Source: Rhizophagus irregularis (taxonomy: Eukaryota). From it: 64,000 nt of DNA. Under the pieces are notes generated by a model that was not told where the DNA came from, did not search any database, and saw only the letters and a list, made by a program, of their open reading frames with translations. Where the stretch lies: contig NC_089430.1 of the NCBI RefSeq assembly GCF_026210795.1, forward strand, positions 5,642,001 to 5,706,000, in the 5' to 3' direction. The translations under genes were made by a program, and so were the position numbers. The stretch's first letter is position 1. Each line of letters begins with the position of its first letter. Below, piece after piece: positions 1 through 14,910 of this stretch.

Positions 1-989
1 CCTCAGATAGAATCGGCACATTAGCTCTCTTGAGAGTTCACCCGCTGCTATTATCCAATAAAAAATGGAAAAAAAGTTATGTAAATTAACGTTGCAAATC
101 AAGGCACACTTTATCGAATATTTTTCAATGCTCTTTCTTTTTTCATAACATATTCAGAAACTAAAATTGAATAATTCCTTCTATATTATATATTAAATAT
201 AGTTAAAAAAAATATTCATATACTAAAAGAAGTAGGAATATTAATAATATATCAAGATATTAATTATTGAAAATATATTTATAGTAATAAATAATTTTAA
301 CAATATCGATGGTAAAAAAAAATAATTTTTTTCATGAATAATTTTAACAAATTATTTGTGAAAGAATTGCTTTGGATATTTTGAATTATTATTAATAATC
401 CAATTTTGTGTTTAATTAAATCAGTGTAAGTTATATAGTACTATGGATTATTTAGCAATTAAATCCAAACGGTTGGTCTGAAACTTTTTTTTTTTACCTC
501 CCACAAATCTTGATTTGCCAAAGTTAATATTCTAATTCCGAAAAAAAAAAATTTATTCTACTTAGGTAAATAAGTTTAAACCTGATCAACTGATCGAATT
601 TTCTTTTTTTTTTATACTATATAATAAACATTTTAGGTTATTTTTCTTTTTAACAGTATATAAATTACTTCATTAAAATTCGGTAATTATTAAAGATCAT
701 ATGTCAAAAGATAATAGGCGCATCAATAATAAATATTACTAATATTTACTTTATTGAATAAAACCGGTTCTTAATTAATCTACTACGTTAATTGATTGTA
801 GGAATGGACATAATTAAATATATTAGACATATATTTTAAGATAATTAAGTTATCATTCCTAAAATTAAAGATCTTTATATCTAAATAAAAGATACCATAT
901 CAAATTTTTTATTATTAAGACATCCGGTTTTGTATTTTGATTTAATACTTATTACAAATCTGTCAAACCTATTATAATACTAGTATTAC

Positions 990-1110
990 TTATCTCCTGG
1001 CTAATTAGGAATAAGTAAAATTTTACTAGGATTGGATAAATGATCGGCCGAAGGCTGATCATGTTCCGATTCTAAGTAAAATTTTACTATTCCAATTAGC
1101 CAGGAGATAA
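990..1110. repeat. ~121-bp imperfect palindrome (foldback/MITE-like hairpin)
   Basis: TTATCTCCTGGCTAATT (990-1006) is the exact reverse complement of AATTAGCCAGGAGATAA (1094-1110). The arms keep pairing inward (AGTAAAATTTTACT on both sides) around a central GATCGGCCGAAGGCTGATC. Confidence 0.75.
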
Positions 1111-4100
1111 TTGATTTATCCCCTGCCATTTACACAATAGTAAGTGTTTTATAGTATATCGTGAGTATAATATAGTATATTTAATTGTTGAATCTTATTT
1201 TTCTTTTGCTTGGTTTTTTTTTTATTTTAAGAGATTTTAAAAAAATAATTGAATTTTAAAAGCTTCGGAACTATTACTATTACACTTGAAAAATAATATT
1301 GAGATTACAAATAAATTAAAAGAAAGATTTTCTCATTTGGAAAATGCAAATCTTTCTGAATTACTCAAATTTTCAAATCAGTCCATTATAGTATAATCAA
1401 TAGTTAATTTTTACCGCAAAATTTCCTAGAAACGGATAAATAAATACATATAAATTTTACTACCCAGTAGGTATAACTAAAATTGCATAATCGTGTAAAT
1501 GGTGCCGATCAGGGGATAAGAATTAATACACTCTGCTTGTATGAATCTCTGCTGAAAAATTCCAAATGAAATTATAACAATATCTCAATAGCATAATATA
1601 TAAACTCCAATGAAAACCGTTTTCATATTTGTTCTAGATTTTATAATCATTGGTTATGGTTCACTATAAACATATTCTTGTTTATAATAATCACTTTGCT
1701 TTGTTTGAATCCATCAACTAATTGATGTCAGAGATCTCAGTTATAGACATTAAAAATCTCCTTTGTACTTCGCAAGTTATTTCTCATATATTCATTATAA
1801 TTTGGCTTACAATAGGTTGGTTTTCTTTTTAAAAAATATTTGAACTAAACATGTCATTTTCATTATGTAATTTGAATATTGCTTATTGTTTATGCTATGC
1901 CACAGGGCTTTGGTAATAAATCAACAAAGAAAATGTGTAACAAAATTGAACTCAGCCCAAATCTTTTTTTTAAGCCATATCATTTTAGTGTGCCTTTTAT
2001 AAATAGACATTTTTTTTTACTTTCTTTTATTATATTCCATATCAATTTCATTTACCCTTAAAATTTAACAAATTTATTATTAGAAATAAACCTCAATAAA
2101 TGGGAAAAATTATAGTGACTCACAAAAAGTATTTTTCAAAAACATATATATCTTAAAAGTGATAATTTATTTATGGCACTAAACAAGTTATAATGTGATA
2201 TAGACGTCATTTTATACGATGGAACACAAATTAATCCATGATGATAATTATAACACGAACAATATAAAACGATATCTGGATACACTAAAAAACTATAGAA
2301 TTTATTAAAAGTAAAAATGGTATTCTCCTCTCAAAGATTTTGAGTTTATAGAATCTGTTTATTTAAAATACATTATGATTATTACAAATACATTGACAAT
2401 GCATTCATAGAATATACATGTTACTACAAATAAGACTTTATTAGATTTTATAAAAGATTACTTTAACACTGCCAATGTTTTAACATATATTTTATTATAA
2501 ATTTATTCAAATTACTATTTTATATAACATAAAACATATAATTCATTTAGATATTCCTATTTCAGTCATAATATTAATTAGAATATTTTATGCATACATG
2601 TGGTTAATATGGACAATGTTAAAATGAGTATATTGAAAAGTGTCTAATGTTTGCAACATCATGGTTATAAATGTGGTGGTTGTAATAGAAATAGGATCCC
2701 ATCTTATCAAGGAAATAAAAATGGTTAATCTATATTATATCAACCTCTACATGAAAGAATACAACTTACAGAAAACAAAAAGCATAGCAACATTATTTAA
2801 ATAAAATTCAGAGCTTAACAAAGGGCTCCTTTTATGGAAATAGAGCTTAACATCAATCAGCTAATTCTCATCAGCAAAATCCAAAAAAAAGCAGGTATAC
2901 TTATTGTAACCTCACCTAAAAAATGAAAATCAGCAGGACCTGCCATTGACTGCATAAAGCTCTTTTCCTTATCACTACCAAATCATAGATAGATAAAGGC
3001 GATGACCTATTATATATTTTACTAGTCAAATATACAAGATTTAGTCATCAAAGTATATATTAATATAGAAACGCCTTGGTATAAACAAGAAAAGTGAGCA
3101 ATACCTCAAACTGAAACCTCACATTACAATAAAATACAGAAAATTAGAAAAGCTAATAATAAAAAAGTTTTTTCTTATTCAGATAATACCCAATAAGAAA
3201 AAACTTTAACAGATAATACAGTATAAATGCAAGCTGAGAATAATACAAAATAAGATTAGGGAATATTATCCATCTTATGGTGTATTATTACAATTCGCTG
3301 TATTAACTGATTAAATTTTTAAATGCGGGAAGTAGTGAAATTATTGAAAATCAAGGAGAAAATAAATATGGACTTATAAATATATTTATATTTATAAATG
3401 TTGACTCAACATATCAGAGTCTTGTGGACAAAGTAAAGCCTTTTATTCCCAAACAAATCAAAGAATGCTGTGAGGATTTTGTAGAATTACATAATGATAT
3501 CAATATTGATAATGAAATCGAAAAAGAATATAAGAATAACTTATACAGTCATCTATTTAAAGAAGATACAAATCATACAATATAACTAACAAAACAATGA
3601 AACATAAATATAATAACACACTATAGGATCACTGCCACTAGACTTTACTATATTTTTGAGGTTCCAGGAGTTAATCAAATCATGAGGACTATTAAAACTA
3701 ATATAACATTGATAAGAGGGCTTTAGTATCCAAGAATATCAAGATTTGGTTTTGTGATCCTCAGAAATTTTCAACGGAGTTGAAAATTTGGGAGGGAATG
3801 ATAAAGATATAAAAATAACAAGTGCATTTTCATCCCACATTAAGAATATTTATAGCACAATTTCCAAACTACAACATGCAGTTAAATATATATATTCTGA
3901 ATTCATCAAAGTAGAAACTAATTTTCTATCAAAAATACAAACAGTATTTTTTTATTTTATTGTATTGTTAAAATATATAATGATAATCAAAATCAAGAAA
4001 GGGTTCCCCTAAATGAAACAAAATCTATTATAAGTATAAATAATAAAGAAATAAATAATGATTATACAAAAGAAATTGAAGATTCTTTACTATAACAATT

Positions 4101-6639
4101 AGGGAACATTTAAGAAGACTACCCTATGCTCTTATAGCTCACAATATTGATATGCAGAAATTAACACATCGTGATTCAAAAAATCTTATTTTCTAAATAT
4201 ACACCTTATTATAATTCAGTAATGAAGATAACTTTGTTAAAGAATTCTATTTAAAATAGCAAATGTCATTTGACGGAATTTCTGATAAACGACGACCACT
4301 TTTTCAAAAATTGAAAACATGAAAAAAGATAATATTTTTATAATACTTCCTCTATTAATTGAAGTTAAAATTATTATATTTACCAGTTCAAGTCAATTCT
4401 GAATGCTATCTTTAAATTATTTCTTAATTTTACTAAAAGTTATATTGACATAATATTATAAGCATATTTCTTTTAAAATAATTACTTTCTAAATATGGCA
4501 TACAGACAAAAACTTTAAAACATAAAACATACTTTCTTATTTCTGTACGGATTTTACAATAATCTTTATTGGCTGGAATTGACAGCATTTATGTGCACGC
4601 CAGATAACAGTTATATTCTTTTATATATATATTTAGAAATATTGAAATAACTTACTGTACTTTTTAAATGAATCAAGCATTTTACTAATTCATTCTTAAA
4701 AATTCAAACAGCCACATCTCAGAATTTGTCAAAGACTTACTTCCAAACTTCTTTAAAATAATGAATAAAATGCTGTTATTTTCAAAACGGCATATGAGAG
4801 GAAGAAGAGAGTCATTATAGTAAAATTTTAGCACACAGATAATCTTTTGTAGTCTAGATAAAATATTGAATATGAATATAAAAAAATTTCGAAAGAATAT
4901 TTCTTATTTCATGCTTCATCCCTTTTCTTCCTTTTTACTATTCATGTTAGTTTTTTTTCCTTTAGAGTTATTTTTTACATTTTTGTTATTAACAAAAAAA
5001 AAAAATCTCTTTTTTTCCATTATTTAAGCATGATAAGTTTCTAAAATCCATCATTTTATTTATATTTCTTTAAAAAAATGCAAAGCAAATCTTATAATAG
5101 ATCTTATCATTCTCCTTGAGGTGCAACACCAAGATGAAGAGGGCAAGTTACTCTCACTCAAATGGAATCAATTGATAACCAAAATTTATCTTTCTACTTT
5201 TCCTCACTCTTTTGCAATATCTTTGCACAATTTTTTCAAATATCAACCTTTGCAAAAATTTATATTCTACTTTCTAAAAATTATTACTATGACTTGCTGA
5301 TGCTCTAACACCTCTCATCAAAAGTCTAAGTCACATTTTTAAGCCCTTAAAGCTGCACAAAAATCTAAGGTTCACAAGCTTGAAGGTTGGATAATATAAA
5401 TATTCCATTTTCATCCATTTAAATAATTTCAACACAGTCAGAATTCAAAGAATCTTATTGTAATCAATGTGAGCAGAAAAATTATAACTTCAGTTTTTCT
5501 TTATATTTTTACACCAAAGGTATAAACACAAAAAACAACTTATATATAAATTATCACCAAACTAGACATTCATTTCCAAAGATAATAACAATTAATCAGC
5601 ATTATTGATGGATATTATTATAAAATAATGAAATTTTATGACAGATGCATTAAAAATTGGAGAAATATCAAAACTGAAATATGGGAAACAAAAAAATAAA
5701 ACATGCAAAAAATAAGGTCTTGAAAATTCTAATTCAATGGAAAAGTCATTTAATAGAAAATTTTAAAATAATGATTATAAAAAGGAGAAAAATTCCAAAA
5801 AGCATATTAACATTATTGTTTACTTTAGAAAAGAAAAAACTTGACATAATTAATAAGAAAAGAAGGCATGAAATAAAATCTTTTGATATAATCTATGCAG
5901 AAAAAAATCATGATAGCATATCATTCATAAGCTATCATGGTATATGCTATATTGGTCATATATTATAATCTGATATGCCGTGCTATGAAAGTTCACAAAT
6001 ATCAATACCTGATATATCAATGATTCTTATACAATAATATTCCATTATTTAAAAATTGAGATTAAAAAGCTTAAGTTAAAGGGTTTTTTACCTTGTTATA
6101 AAAAAGAGAAGGAAGTTAGTGTCCATATTTATTTATTAAATTCTCTGATGATGAAAAACCTGTATTATGAAACAGATTACTGTATTATTTTTACTATGGT
6201 CTATCAGTACAGATTGGTATTTTAACTAATGAATTTCCAGATTTAAAGTTAATTTAAGTTCACTTTGTTAAAAACCAAAATTATTATCTTCTTTATACTG
6301 CAAATATTATGTCTCATACACAATTTCATGAAAGATTAGAAAAAATAAGAATAAAAAATCACAGCTAGAAAAAAGAGTTATTGATAATATAGATTTAAAG
6401 GAAAAAACATTTTCCTATGAAAATTATTTTTGAAACTACACATAATTCATCACATGCAACTTTATGTATGGGGAGAGCAGTTAAAGGCTCCACAGAACGA
6501 ATTATTTTTGACTAAGCAAGAATTAACCAAGACAAATGAAGAAAATAATACTCTAAATAAACAATTTCTCTGATCTTTAAGAGTTTTCAATTTTCTTTAC
6601 AAGTACCATTAAGTTTATTAATATTAATAATAACAATAA

Positions 6640-7430
6640 TAATCTTTATTTGGTAAATCACATTTTACACAATTTTTTTCATCAATGGAAATCATTTTAC
6701 TGATTGAAGATGTTCTATTAATTAAGGGAAGTTTTGATTATCAGAGGGTGGCAAAAGGAAGACAATTAGTGAATAAGAGAAATGTTTAAAATCAGTAAAG
6801 ATGCTACAAAGAAATTTAATGACCTCTTACAAATACATCTCATTTCATAACTATTGGGATTTATATGATTGATATATATAACAAAATCGCAGAAAAAAAT
6901 ACTAATTGGATATAAAATTCCGCCACCAAATATTATTATTCTTGAACCTAAAAAGAGTCCAAATTGTGATAAAAATATTCATAATGCATGTGATATGTAT
7001 TTTGAAATATCAAATAGTAATCATTTAAACATTGCCTGTGATGAAGCTATTTTTAGAAGATTAATATTTTACCATTAAAAAAGGATAACATAAGATTAAT
7101 TCTTGGACAATAGTACACTTCAAAGGATATGCTATAGTGCACTTATAATATTTTCTGGTTATGGAATTTTCAATTTGGCAGCAAAACTTAAAGTTCATTA
7201 TTAATAATGATAGAGATTCTGATGTCAAAAATTTTGAGCTCATAAACGTCAATAGAGCCGGAATATCGTATGGAGAATTAGATAAATTAGAAAAAGTAGT
7301 AGTTGATTAACAAGCTACTTGTTATATTTAGAATTAATATTGGTTACTATTGGAATTTCAAGCAATAAGTGTAGTAAAAATAAAAAAATGGAAGATATTG
7401 AAAATTAAAATAATAATGTATTAAAAGATG
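6640..7430 (+). pseudogene. Decayed transposase-like fragment, possibly Academ-type
   Basis: Translation across stops and frameshifts gives IGYKIPPPNIIILEP..PNCDKNIHNACDMYFE..LNIACDEAIFRRLI..IRLILGQ*YTSKDM..FSGYGIF..LDKLEKVV. The D(E/Q)xxF ... LGxxH-like spacing resembles Academ/DUF6589-type DDE proteins, recognised from memory only. Confidence 0.4.
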
Positions 7431-9539
7431 GTAAAAATTCTTAGAGACTCAGATTACTACTCTGAAGAGTGGGAAGAAACGGATTCTGAGAAAGAAACTT
7501 AAAAGTATATATGAGCATTTTAAAGAAAACTGAAATGAATATGCAAAGTGTGGTTATTGCTAAATTTTGTAAATTTCACGAGTTGAGCTAACTAACAAAT
7601 TGATGCTGAAGTAAATTTTGTAAAGATAAATCATTATTGGTACTTATCAATTATAATCAAAGCAGCAAGATGGATAGAAAGATTAATGAATCTTTCAAAC
7701 TTTAATTGGTGTATTGTTGACATGCTTCCAATCCTGGATGTAAATTTTTTTAAATCAACATCAATTAATGTTACTGCATTTGAGTGCTGGCTCAAGATTG
7801 TTGAAACACGTGAAATTTATTCAGAAGAAGAGAAAAAAAAAGCACAAGATAATATATATGTGACAGAACTTGCATAATTACTTTTTACAATTACTGAGAA
7901 AAGTGGAGAAATGCTTTAAATTTTTAAATTGCATGTTATAATCCCTTTCTTGTGCCTTTCCAGCCCAATAAAAATAATTATATTATATGCTTCTAATATC
8001 AAATTTTTCTGCACTACATTATTTTGGATTTAATAAAGCACTCAAAAGATTTGGAGTCAAATTTATCAAACAAAATATTTGTAAATTAAATGGATGAAAA
8101 AAAAATTTAAAAGCTCAAATATCATCTGTATAAGTTGAAGAGATATTATTAGAATATATTGCTGGTGATTTATTAGAAGTATTAAATTTTCCAAATCAGT
8201 ACTTCGCAAATTATCCATTAACTTATAATATTAATAATATTATAAGATGTTCTGGAAATATATTATATATTAGCTAACTCAAAAAAAGTGCTAGTTTTGA
8301 AACAAGGCTTGGCATAACCTCTATTGGAAAAGTTATCTTTCATAAACTTTTCAAAACTTATTTGATAAATAGCTTTATTTATACCCTATTCCAAAACCTC
8401 AATGGTGGAATGCCACAGGTATTGGTAAGAATTATAAAAATGCTATTTATGTCACTAAACTCAAACTTAGTTGGACAGAAAATGAGCAAATAATTGGATA
8501 ATGGTGGATTGTTTTGATAAATGATATAACTTATTCTTTGAGAAAAGGGATGACACCACTGATATTTCTAGATTGATAAACATCAAGCTAGGGAAAGTTC
8601 CTATTTTAGGAATCCAAGTGATACAAAATTATATGGCTGTTTCTGCAGTAATCAGTACTGTTATAACCCAAAAAAAAGCAAATCTATTGTTGTGTATATT
8701 TAAATCAAATTGCATTAAAAAATGACACCACCTTCTGTTCCATATACATGGAAAAGAAAAATCCTTCGCAATGAGGTCTTACATTATGATGCTATTTTGC
8801 ATTGGCAGTGAAAAAAGTAACTAATAATAACTATAAAGCTCTTATGGGATGCCAAAATTGGTAAATAAATGTTATATGCATATGGAAAATATTATGATTA
8901 TAAGAAAATAAAGAAAATAATTAATTAGTGATATCAAAATTGAAAATTATTTGTTTAATTACAATAAAACAAATGAGGGATATATAAATGTTAATGTTAC
9001 ATACTGTTCAACATTCAAGAACTATAAAGATTTTGATTTTAAATTTTATATACAAACAATAAAGATATTCAACTCTTTGATGAAGGTGACATTGTGGAAA
9101 ATAACTATGATGAAGAATAAAATCTTGACAAAGTTACTAAAAAAGAGAGTGAGATGTTAGCATCAGAAAAACACTGTTCTTGTTGTAAATTAAACTTGAC
9201 TTATAATCCTCTGCTCTGAAGATAAAAATAACCCAAAATTACCAAGTACAACAACTCCAATACCTGAACTAGAAGACTTTTTAAAAAAAAATGGATATCA
9301 AAGAATCAAGATTGTAATTATAAATATAAGTCTTGAAAGAAATGGATATCAAAGAATCAAGATTGTGATTACAAATATAAGTATTATAAAGATATTATAG
9401 CAACAGGACCAGTTTATGATTCAAAATATATATGAAACAATTCCTTATATTGGTCAGATAGTCAAACATTATGGTGAAGGCTACCATGGCATGACATTCT
9501 TGATAAGGAAAAATATGGAATGACCTTGATAGTGACAGT

Positions 9540-9860
9540 AGGAATTGTTAAATGCTTCTATCAGGGTCATTTAGAGTGGGCAAGTCATATCTTGCCTTGT
9601 TCCTTGCTGCCATATTCTAAGGGATGGTATTTGTTATCTGTAGGTATTTTCTAGCACTCAATAATTATATCCTAACAGTTGCTGATTTTAACCAGATACC
9701 TTTGGAACATTTTGTTGCAGATAAAGATGTAACAATAAGTACAGTTGGCTTTATCTTTGATCTGCTCCAGAAATTAAAAACAAAAACTCTATGTATAGTT
9801 GACAACCATGGTGCACTCTTTGAACTGAAATCTGCTACCTCAGTGATTTCCACTTCTTAA
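9540..9860 (+). pseudogene. Fragment of a P-loop NTPase (Crinkler-associated type)
   Basis: SGSFRVGKSYLALFLAA at 9561 is a decayed Walker A. It is followed by a stop/frameshift, then KTLCIVDNHGALFE, a decayed Walker B. Confidence 0.5.
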
Positions 9861-12762
9861 TTCTCTGATACATCTATTGATAATTCCACGATTATATTGA
9901 TATGTTGTCATGTATCAGATACTAAATCATTGTGATTTGATGACAATCACTTAACTGTATAGTACCAAATCATAGGTTTCTGCAATGTGTATATTATTTA
10001 TATAATAAAAAAATTACTTGTTTTTCATTTTTAATAGATTTTCGTTTTCTAATAAAAAATTTCAAAAAATAACTTTTTTTCGTTTTTAATAAAAGACTTT
10101 TTTAATGCATGGACTGAGAGACAAAATGGGACACATGTAGTTTGGTAAATCATCATAACGATAATTCAATTATTATTACTATTATTACTTTATATTAAAT
10201 AAATCAACTAATACAAATTAATTGACAACAAATTATACAATTAATTATTTTAATAATTATTATCATAATAAATTATTAAAAGGTTTTGAGGCCCCAAATT
10301 TTGATGCTTATGAAAAGTTTTGTTTATATAATCATTTGCTCTTTTTGTAAATATGATGAGTAAATTTTGCCTTTTAGAATAATGCATTGTTGAAAATAGT
10401 TAGTTAGTTGATGAGAGCTCTGTATCAGATAATTGCTCAATAATAGAAATTAAATTATCTCATTGATTATTCATCTTATCCAAACATTTAGTTATTTCAT
10501 TTATTGTGTTATTTTGTAAATCTTTTTTTTTGCTTTTCTAGCCAAGTTTGATTACATCTCTTTAGTTGAAAATGGCATTTATATGATTTGTCCTATGATT
10601 GTTCCCATTAAACTAGATGTGCAGCTTTAAATATCTTGTATTATTAGAAATATTTTAGATAATTAATATAACCTTATAAATATATTTATGAGGCTATTTG
10701 TTGTATTTAATATAAAATACCTAATGTATCATTTAAAAAACCAAACTTTTTGTACATAGATGTTATTTTAACACTATATTAAGTAGAAAATTTATTGGTT
10801 AATATAACTAATTCTTTGTAACTTTGTAATCATAGCTTGTAAGAGTTAAATAATACCAAAATAATTAAAAAAGAAATTGTTTTTTGACCTGGGCATCTAA
10901 AAAAATTCAAACAATCTTTTTATAGTAAATTTGTAGTAAATTTATGCTTAGTACCATATATAGTTTTGATTTACATAGTATAACAAGCACCCAACAGCTC
11001 ATGCAAAATTTGAAAAAGAGTACATTAACAATGGAATCGTGACACAATGACTGATAGATATCACTTCTTTATCTGATAAATTGTTGGATATCAGTAGCAT
11101 TATGAGTTCATTTAGTTCAGTGATCGAAAGGAAATAAAGGACATCATAAATAATGTTTTACATGAGCTGATAAAACTGGAAATGTTTATCAGTAATACAA
11201 AGAAAGATTTATCTATCAAAGAATCCTTAAATCAAATTCAAAAAAATCTGGAATATTGAGTTTTTTTCAATTGTAGAGAACTATTTTCAAAATGACCTTA
11301 ATGATATACAAAGAGATCAGTGAAACCAAATTGAAAAATATCTTGATAATGTATATGGTAGCATTTCATAAAGCTGTGATCAAACAGTATATCCAAAAAA
11401 ATTTGTACTGTACAGGACTTTCAGAATGTATATATCCAAAGTAGTGGTGCCAGTAATCCAGATCAAGTGAAGGAATTTCCTGGTATTTTACATATCAGCT
11501 TTGATGAGATACAAACTAAATAATTACTCAATTTATGTAATAAAATTTTATATTGTTTCACAGCAAAGAAAGTGACAATGAAAAATAAAAATGAAATTTT
11601 AAGAATCAAACTTTATACTGAGAACAATTAAGGAGATATTCTAATACAAGCTCTTTTATTGCTCTATGCTTATTTAATGCTTCTCTAAATACATATCTAG
11701 CCCAGATATCTGAATTCTTAACCTTGCCTGTATACTTGCAACTAACAATACATTTCGTTCTATGGGGAAGGGAAATTAAGGACCCGAGCTATACATAGAA
11801 AGGTGTCCCAGTTATTTGCTTAGAATGAACCAAAATCATGTAGATCGCTTCCATTTGTGAATAATTACAACCAGCATTCGGCCCTGAAGAAATGCGTAGA
11901 GCTAATAGTAAATATGTACCAATCTCCTCTGACCTATATATAGCTTGATGAAGGATAGGGTCAAAGTTGATGATTCTTCAGATAGTAGGAGAGCAAGAAC
12001 GAAAAAATTTATTAAGGAATAATAGCCGTGTATATTAATTAGTGCGCAATCATTATCATAGTCATCATGTATCACGGGCAAAGTCCTGACCTTGTATTTA
12101 CTTTTTATTATCTTGTATTAATAAAACGTTTCTACATTTGCCATATAACATTGAATATTTCTTTCGTGTATAAAATTATCATCAATCATGTTAGAGGTTG
12201 AGAATGTTAAGACCAAGGCCGGTAAAGCTGATATTGAGAATATGTATATTGAGCTTCTAGAAGCGATTAGGGAGGAATATGTGATGCTGAAAGAGCTGAG
12301 TTTAAAGCCAGAATCGAAGAGTGAGAGAAAAATAGGACAGAAACTGTTGCCAAGAACGCTGAACTTAGAGCTGATATCGAAAATTTCCTGCAAAATCATT
12401 AGGGTTTAGAAATTTTTTGAAAATTTAATTGCTATTTTCTCATCTCCATATGACGTAAGATTTGCATACCTATTCACATTATTTTTCCAAGTTTCGATTT
12501 ATTTTTTTTCGCATGAATATTCTTCTCGCTTATCACCTGATATGCGAAATCCTGAGACTGTGACACACATCACAATCTCAAAGTTTAGCCCTTTTTTTAT
12601 ATGAAGTATTGTATTTGCATAACTGATCAACTGATGAGTCAGATCAATCTGTGTGACAATTGATTTCATATATAAAGTATATATATCCTATTTCTGTAAA
12701 AAAAAAATTGCTACTTTTTTTGAACTACTTGTGAACCTATTTTTTACGCAAAAATATAAATA

Positions 12763-14910
12763 ATGTCATTTAGTGATGTTTATACAATCGTTCAAAATCT
12801 CTCTGAAGAGCCTGATACATTAAGTATGGATGAGATGGTTGATTTATGTGTATTTCTCACTGACAAAGAAAAATTGACATATGAGGTGGTAAACTTATGT
12901 GATAACTTGCCAACAAATATCGCTAAGCTTAAATACTTGAGGGGGTTATTGAAGAAATTTAAGTCTGAACCTGGTATGTTCATACATTTCGTTGTCTCTG
13001 TCATATTTGCCAATAATACAAAATACTTACTTATTCTTGTGCTTTTCTTTCCTACTTCTTATCGTCAAATCCGCGAAAGCTGGTAAGTAAATCGTAATAA
13101 TTTTGGTCAATGCGAGAATAGGCTTGTTTCATCATATTTGCTAATAATATTGAATCAAACCTAAACTAATTCATTTCTTATTCCTCTTCTACTCCTTTAC
13201 ATCTTCATATCTAACTAAAGAACGTTCAACCAAAAAGAAAGGAGGTAAGCTTTCACCACCAAAGAGAGTTGACAAATTTTCAGTAGTATATTTACCTTGG
13301 TAATCTGTAGGTTAATGATTTTTTTTAAATTTACCCATACAAATCCATCATTTGGAGATATATTAGAGGTGGTCACTTCTCTCAAGCGAAATGCTACAAG
13401 CAACCCGGGATCGTCAACTGATGCTCAGGAGTCGGACTTACAGGATATTATCCGAGGCAAAAATGGAAATCTTGCAGTGATTGGAGAGTCTGCACTATAT
13501 GTCCGGCGAGCTTACAAAGATTTATATCTACTTGTTACTGACCCCGATCCTGATTCCAAGTTCATTATAACTGGCACATCAGGTGTTGGTAAAACATGCT
13601 TCCTGCTTTATTTATTAATCCAGCTTTTATGTAACGATGATAATGTTACTATCATTTTCCAACCCCGCGATGGCAAAACATGTTACTGTTTTAAGGGTTC
13701 AAATCTTGAAACTGGAAAAATTGATGATTTTTCAGACGATCTCTACTCTCCCAAAACATGGTACCTAGTGGACAGCAAACAACCCAGCATAGATACCAAA
13801 TCATCAAATTCAGCAAGAACAGTTGTTGCTGCATCCCCAAATAGTTTAAACAATAGCAAATTTCAAGATTTTGCCAAGGATGTTGTGAATAGGTATTACA
13901 TGCCACCATGGACAATTGAAGAGCTGAAAGCTTGCCAGAAACATATCTTTAAGCAGGTTCCAGAAGATATGATGCTTGAAATGTTTGACAGAGCAGGTGG
14001 AGTACCACGATACGTTCTTCGGCTACCAGCACGCGTGATTAAAAAGCATCAAGATATAAATAATTCTGAGGTTTGGGATAAAATTATAAACAAATCTATG
14101 GAACAAATTGAAGATGCCATTTTGGAAGTTAAGAGCTTTGACGATCTTATACTATGCTTTACCGAAAACACTAACTATGCTAAAATCAGCAGTCGAATTA
14201 TTCACCAATGGCCAGATCCTTCTTACGAGGATTACTACTTTGAATGGGCCTCTAATTATATTTATAAAAGTGTTATGAGGAAACTAGATAAATTTTGATG
14301 GGATGAGCTCTTGAAGAAAATTCGGAATCCTGCAAATGTCACCAACTCTAGGGGAATTATGAAAAATTTGGATATGAGATGAGATGTTTGGAGGCAATAA
14401 AGTCTTACATAAATATGTTTGATAATAATTGATAAAAACTAACCCAATTGACCTTATCTTTTTCAGTGATAATTATAGTCGTAAAATGAGAATAAAAATG
14501 CAAATAAAAAAAGTTGGTTATGTTCGAACTGCAGAGCATCTTTCTCATTATGATAGTGATAATATGACTGTCCGACCAAGAGTGAAAAATTTTGGTGCGG
14601 TGGATCTATTCATTATGCCGAATTATATGTTTCAATTTACGGTGTCTCAAAACCACCCCATCAAACAAAAAGAGCTAATCATAATAAATTCCAAATATGA
14701 TAGCCTACAAAAGGGATAATAATGCAAAAATTCGACTTGTGTTTGTAGTTCCAGATGACATATTGATGGCTTAAAGTTCCAAAGATATGTAACGCCAAAG
14801 AAATAATGTTGATGATCTTAACGATTTTAAGGATCTCCTATTCTCAATAACGTGGAACAGTGGGTATTAAAAATTGATTTGTCTATGCGACTACAAGAGG
14901 AATCATGAAT
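12763..14910 (+). pseudogene. Crinkler/RHS-like P-loop NTPase + restriction-endonuclease-fold protein, pseudogene
   Basis: Walker A IITGTSGVGKT, Walker B WYLVDS, VVAASP, YYMPPWTIEEL, GGVPRYVL. C-terminal NFGAVDLF..FQFTVSQNHPIK and IRLVFVVPDD. Lesions: an in-frame TGA at 14296-14298 (the frame continues WDELLKKIRNP..SRGIM) and further frameshifts near 14360 and 14680-14800. The spliced 5' end includes micro-exons (e.g. 13221-13244). Confidence 0.8.

Noticed and set aside
9289..9382. 43-bp tandem duplication with a 51-bp period
   Set aside because: A local slippage duplication inside decayed sequence with no sign of function.
12118..12409. Overlapping 93-aa and 73-aa ORFs upstream of the Crinkler-like gene
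   Set aside because: The 73-aa ORF looks mildly protein-like, but there is no motif, splice support or recognisable family.
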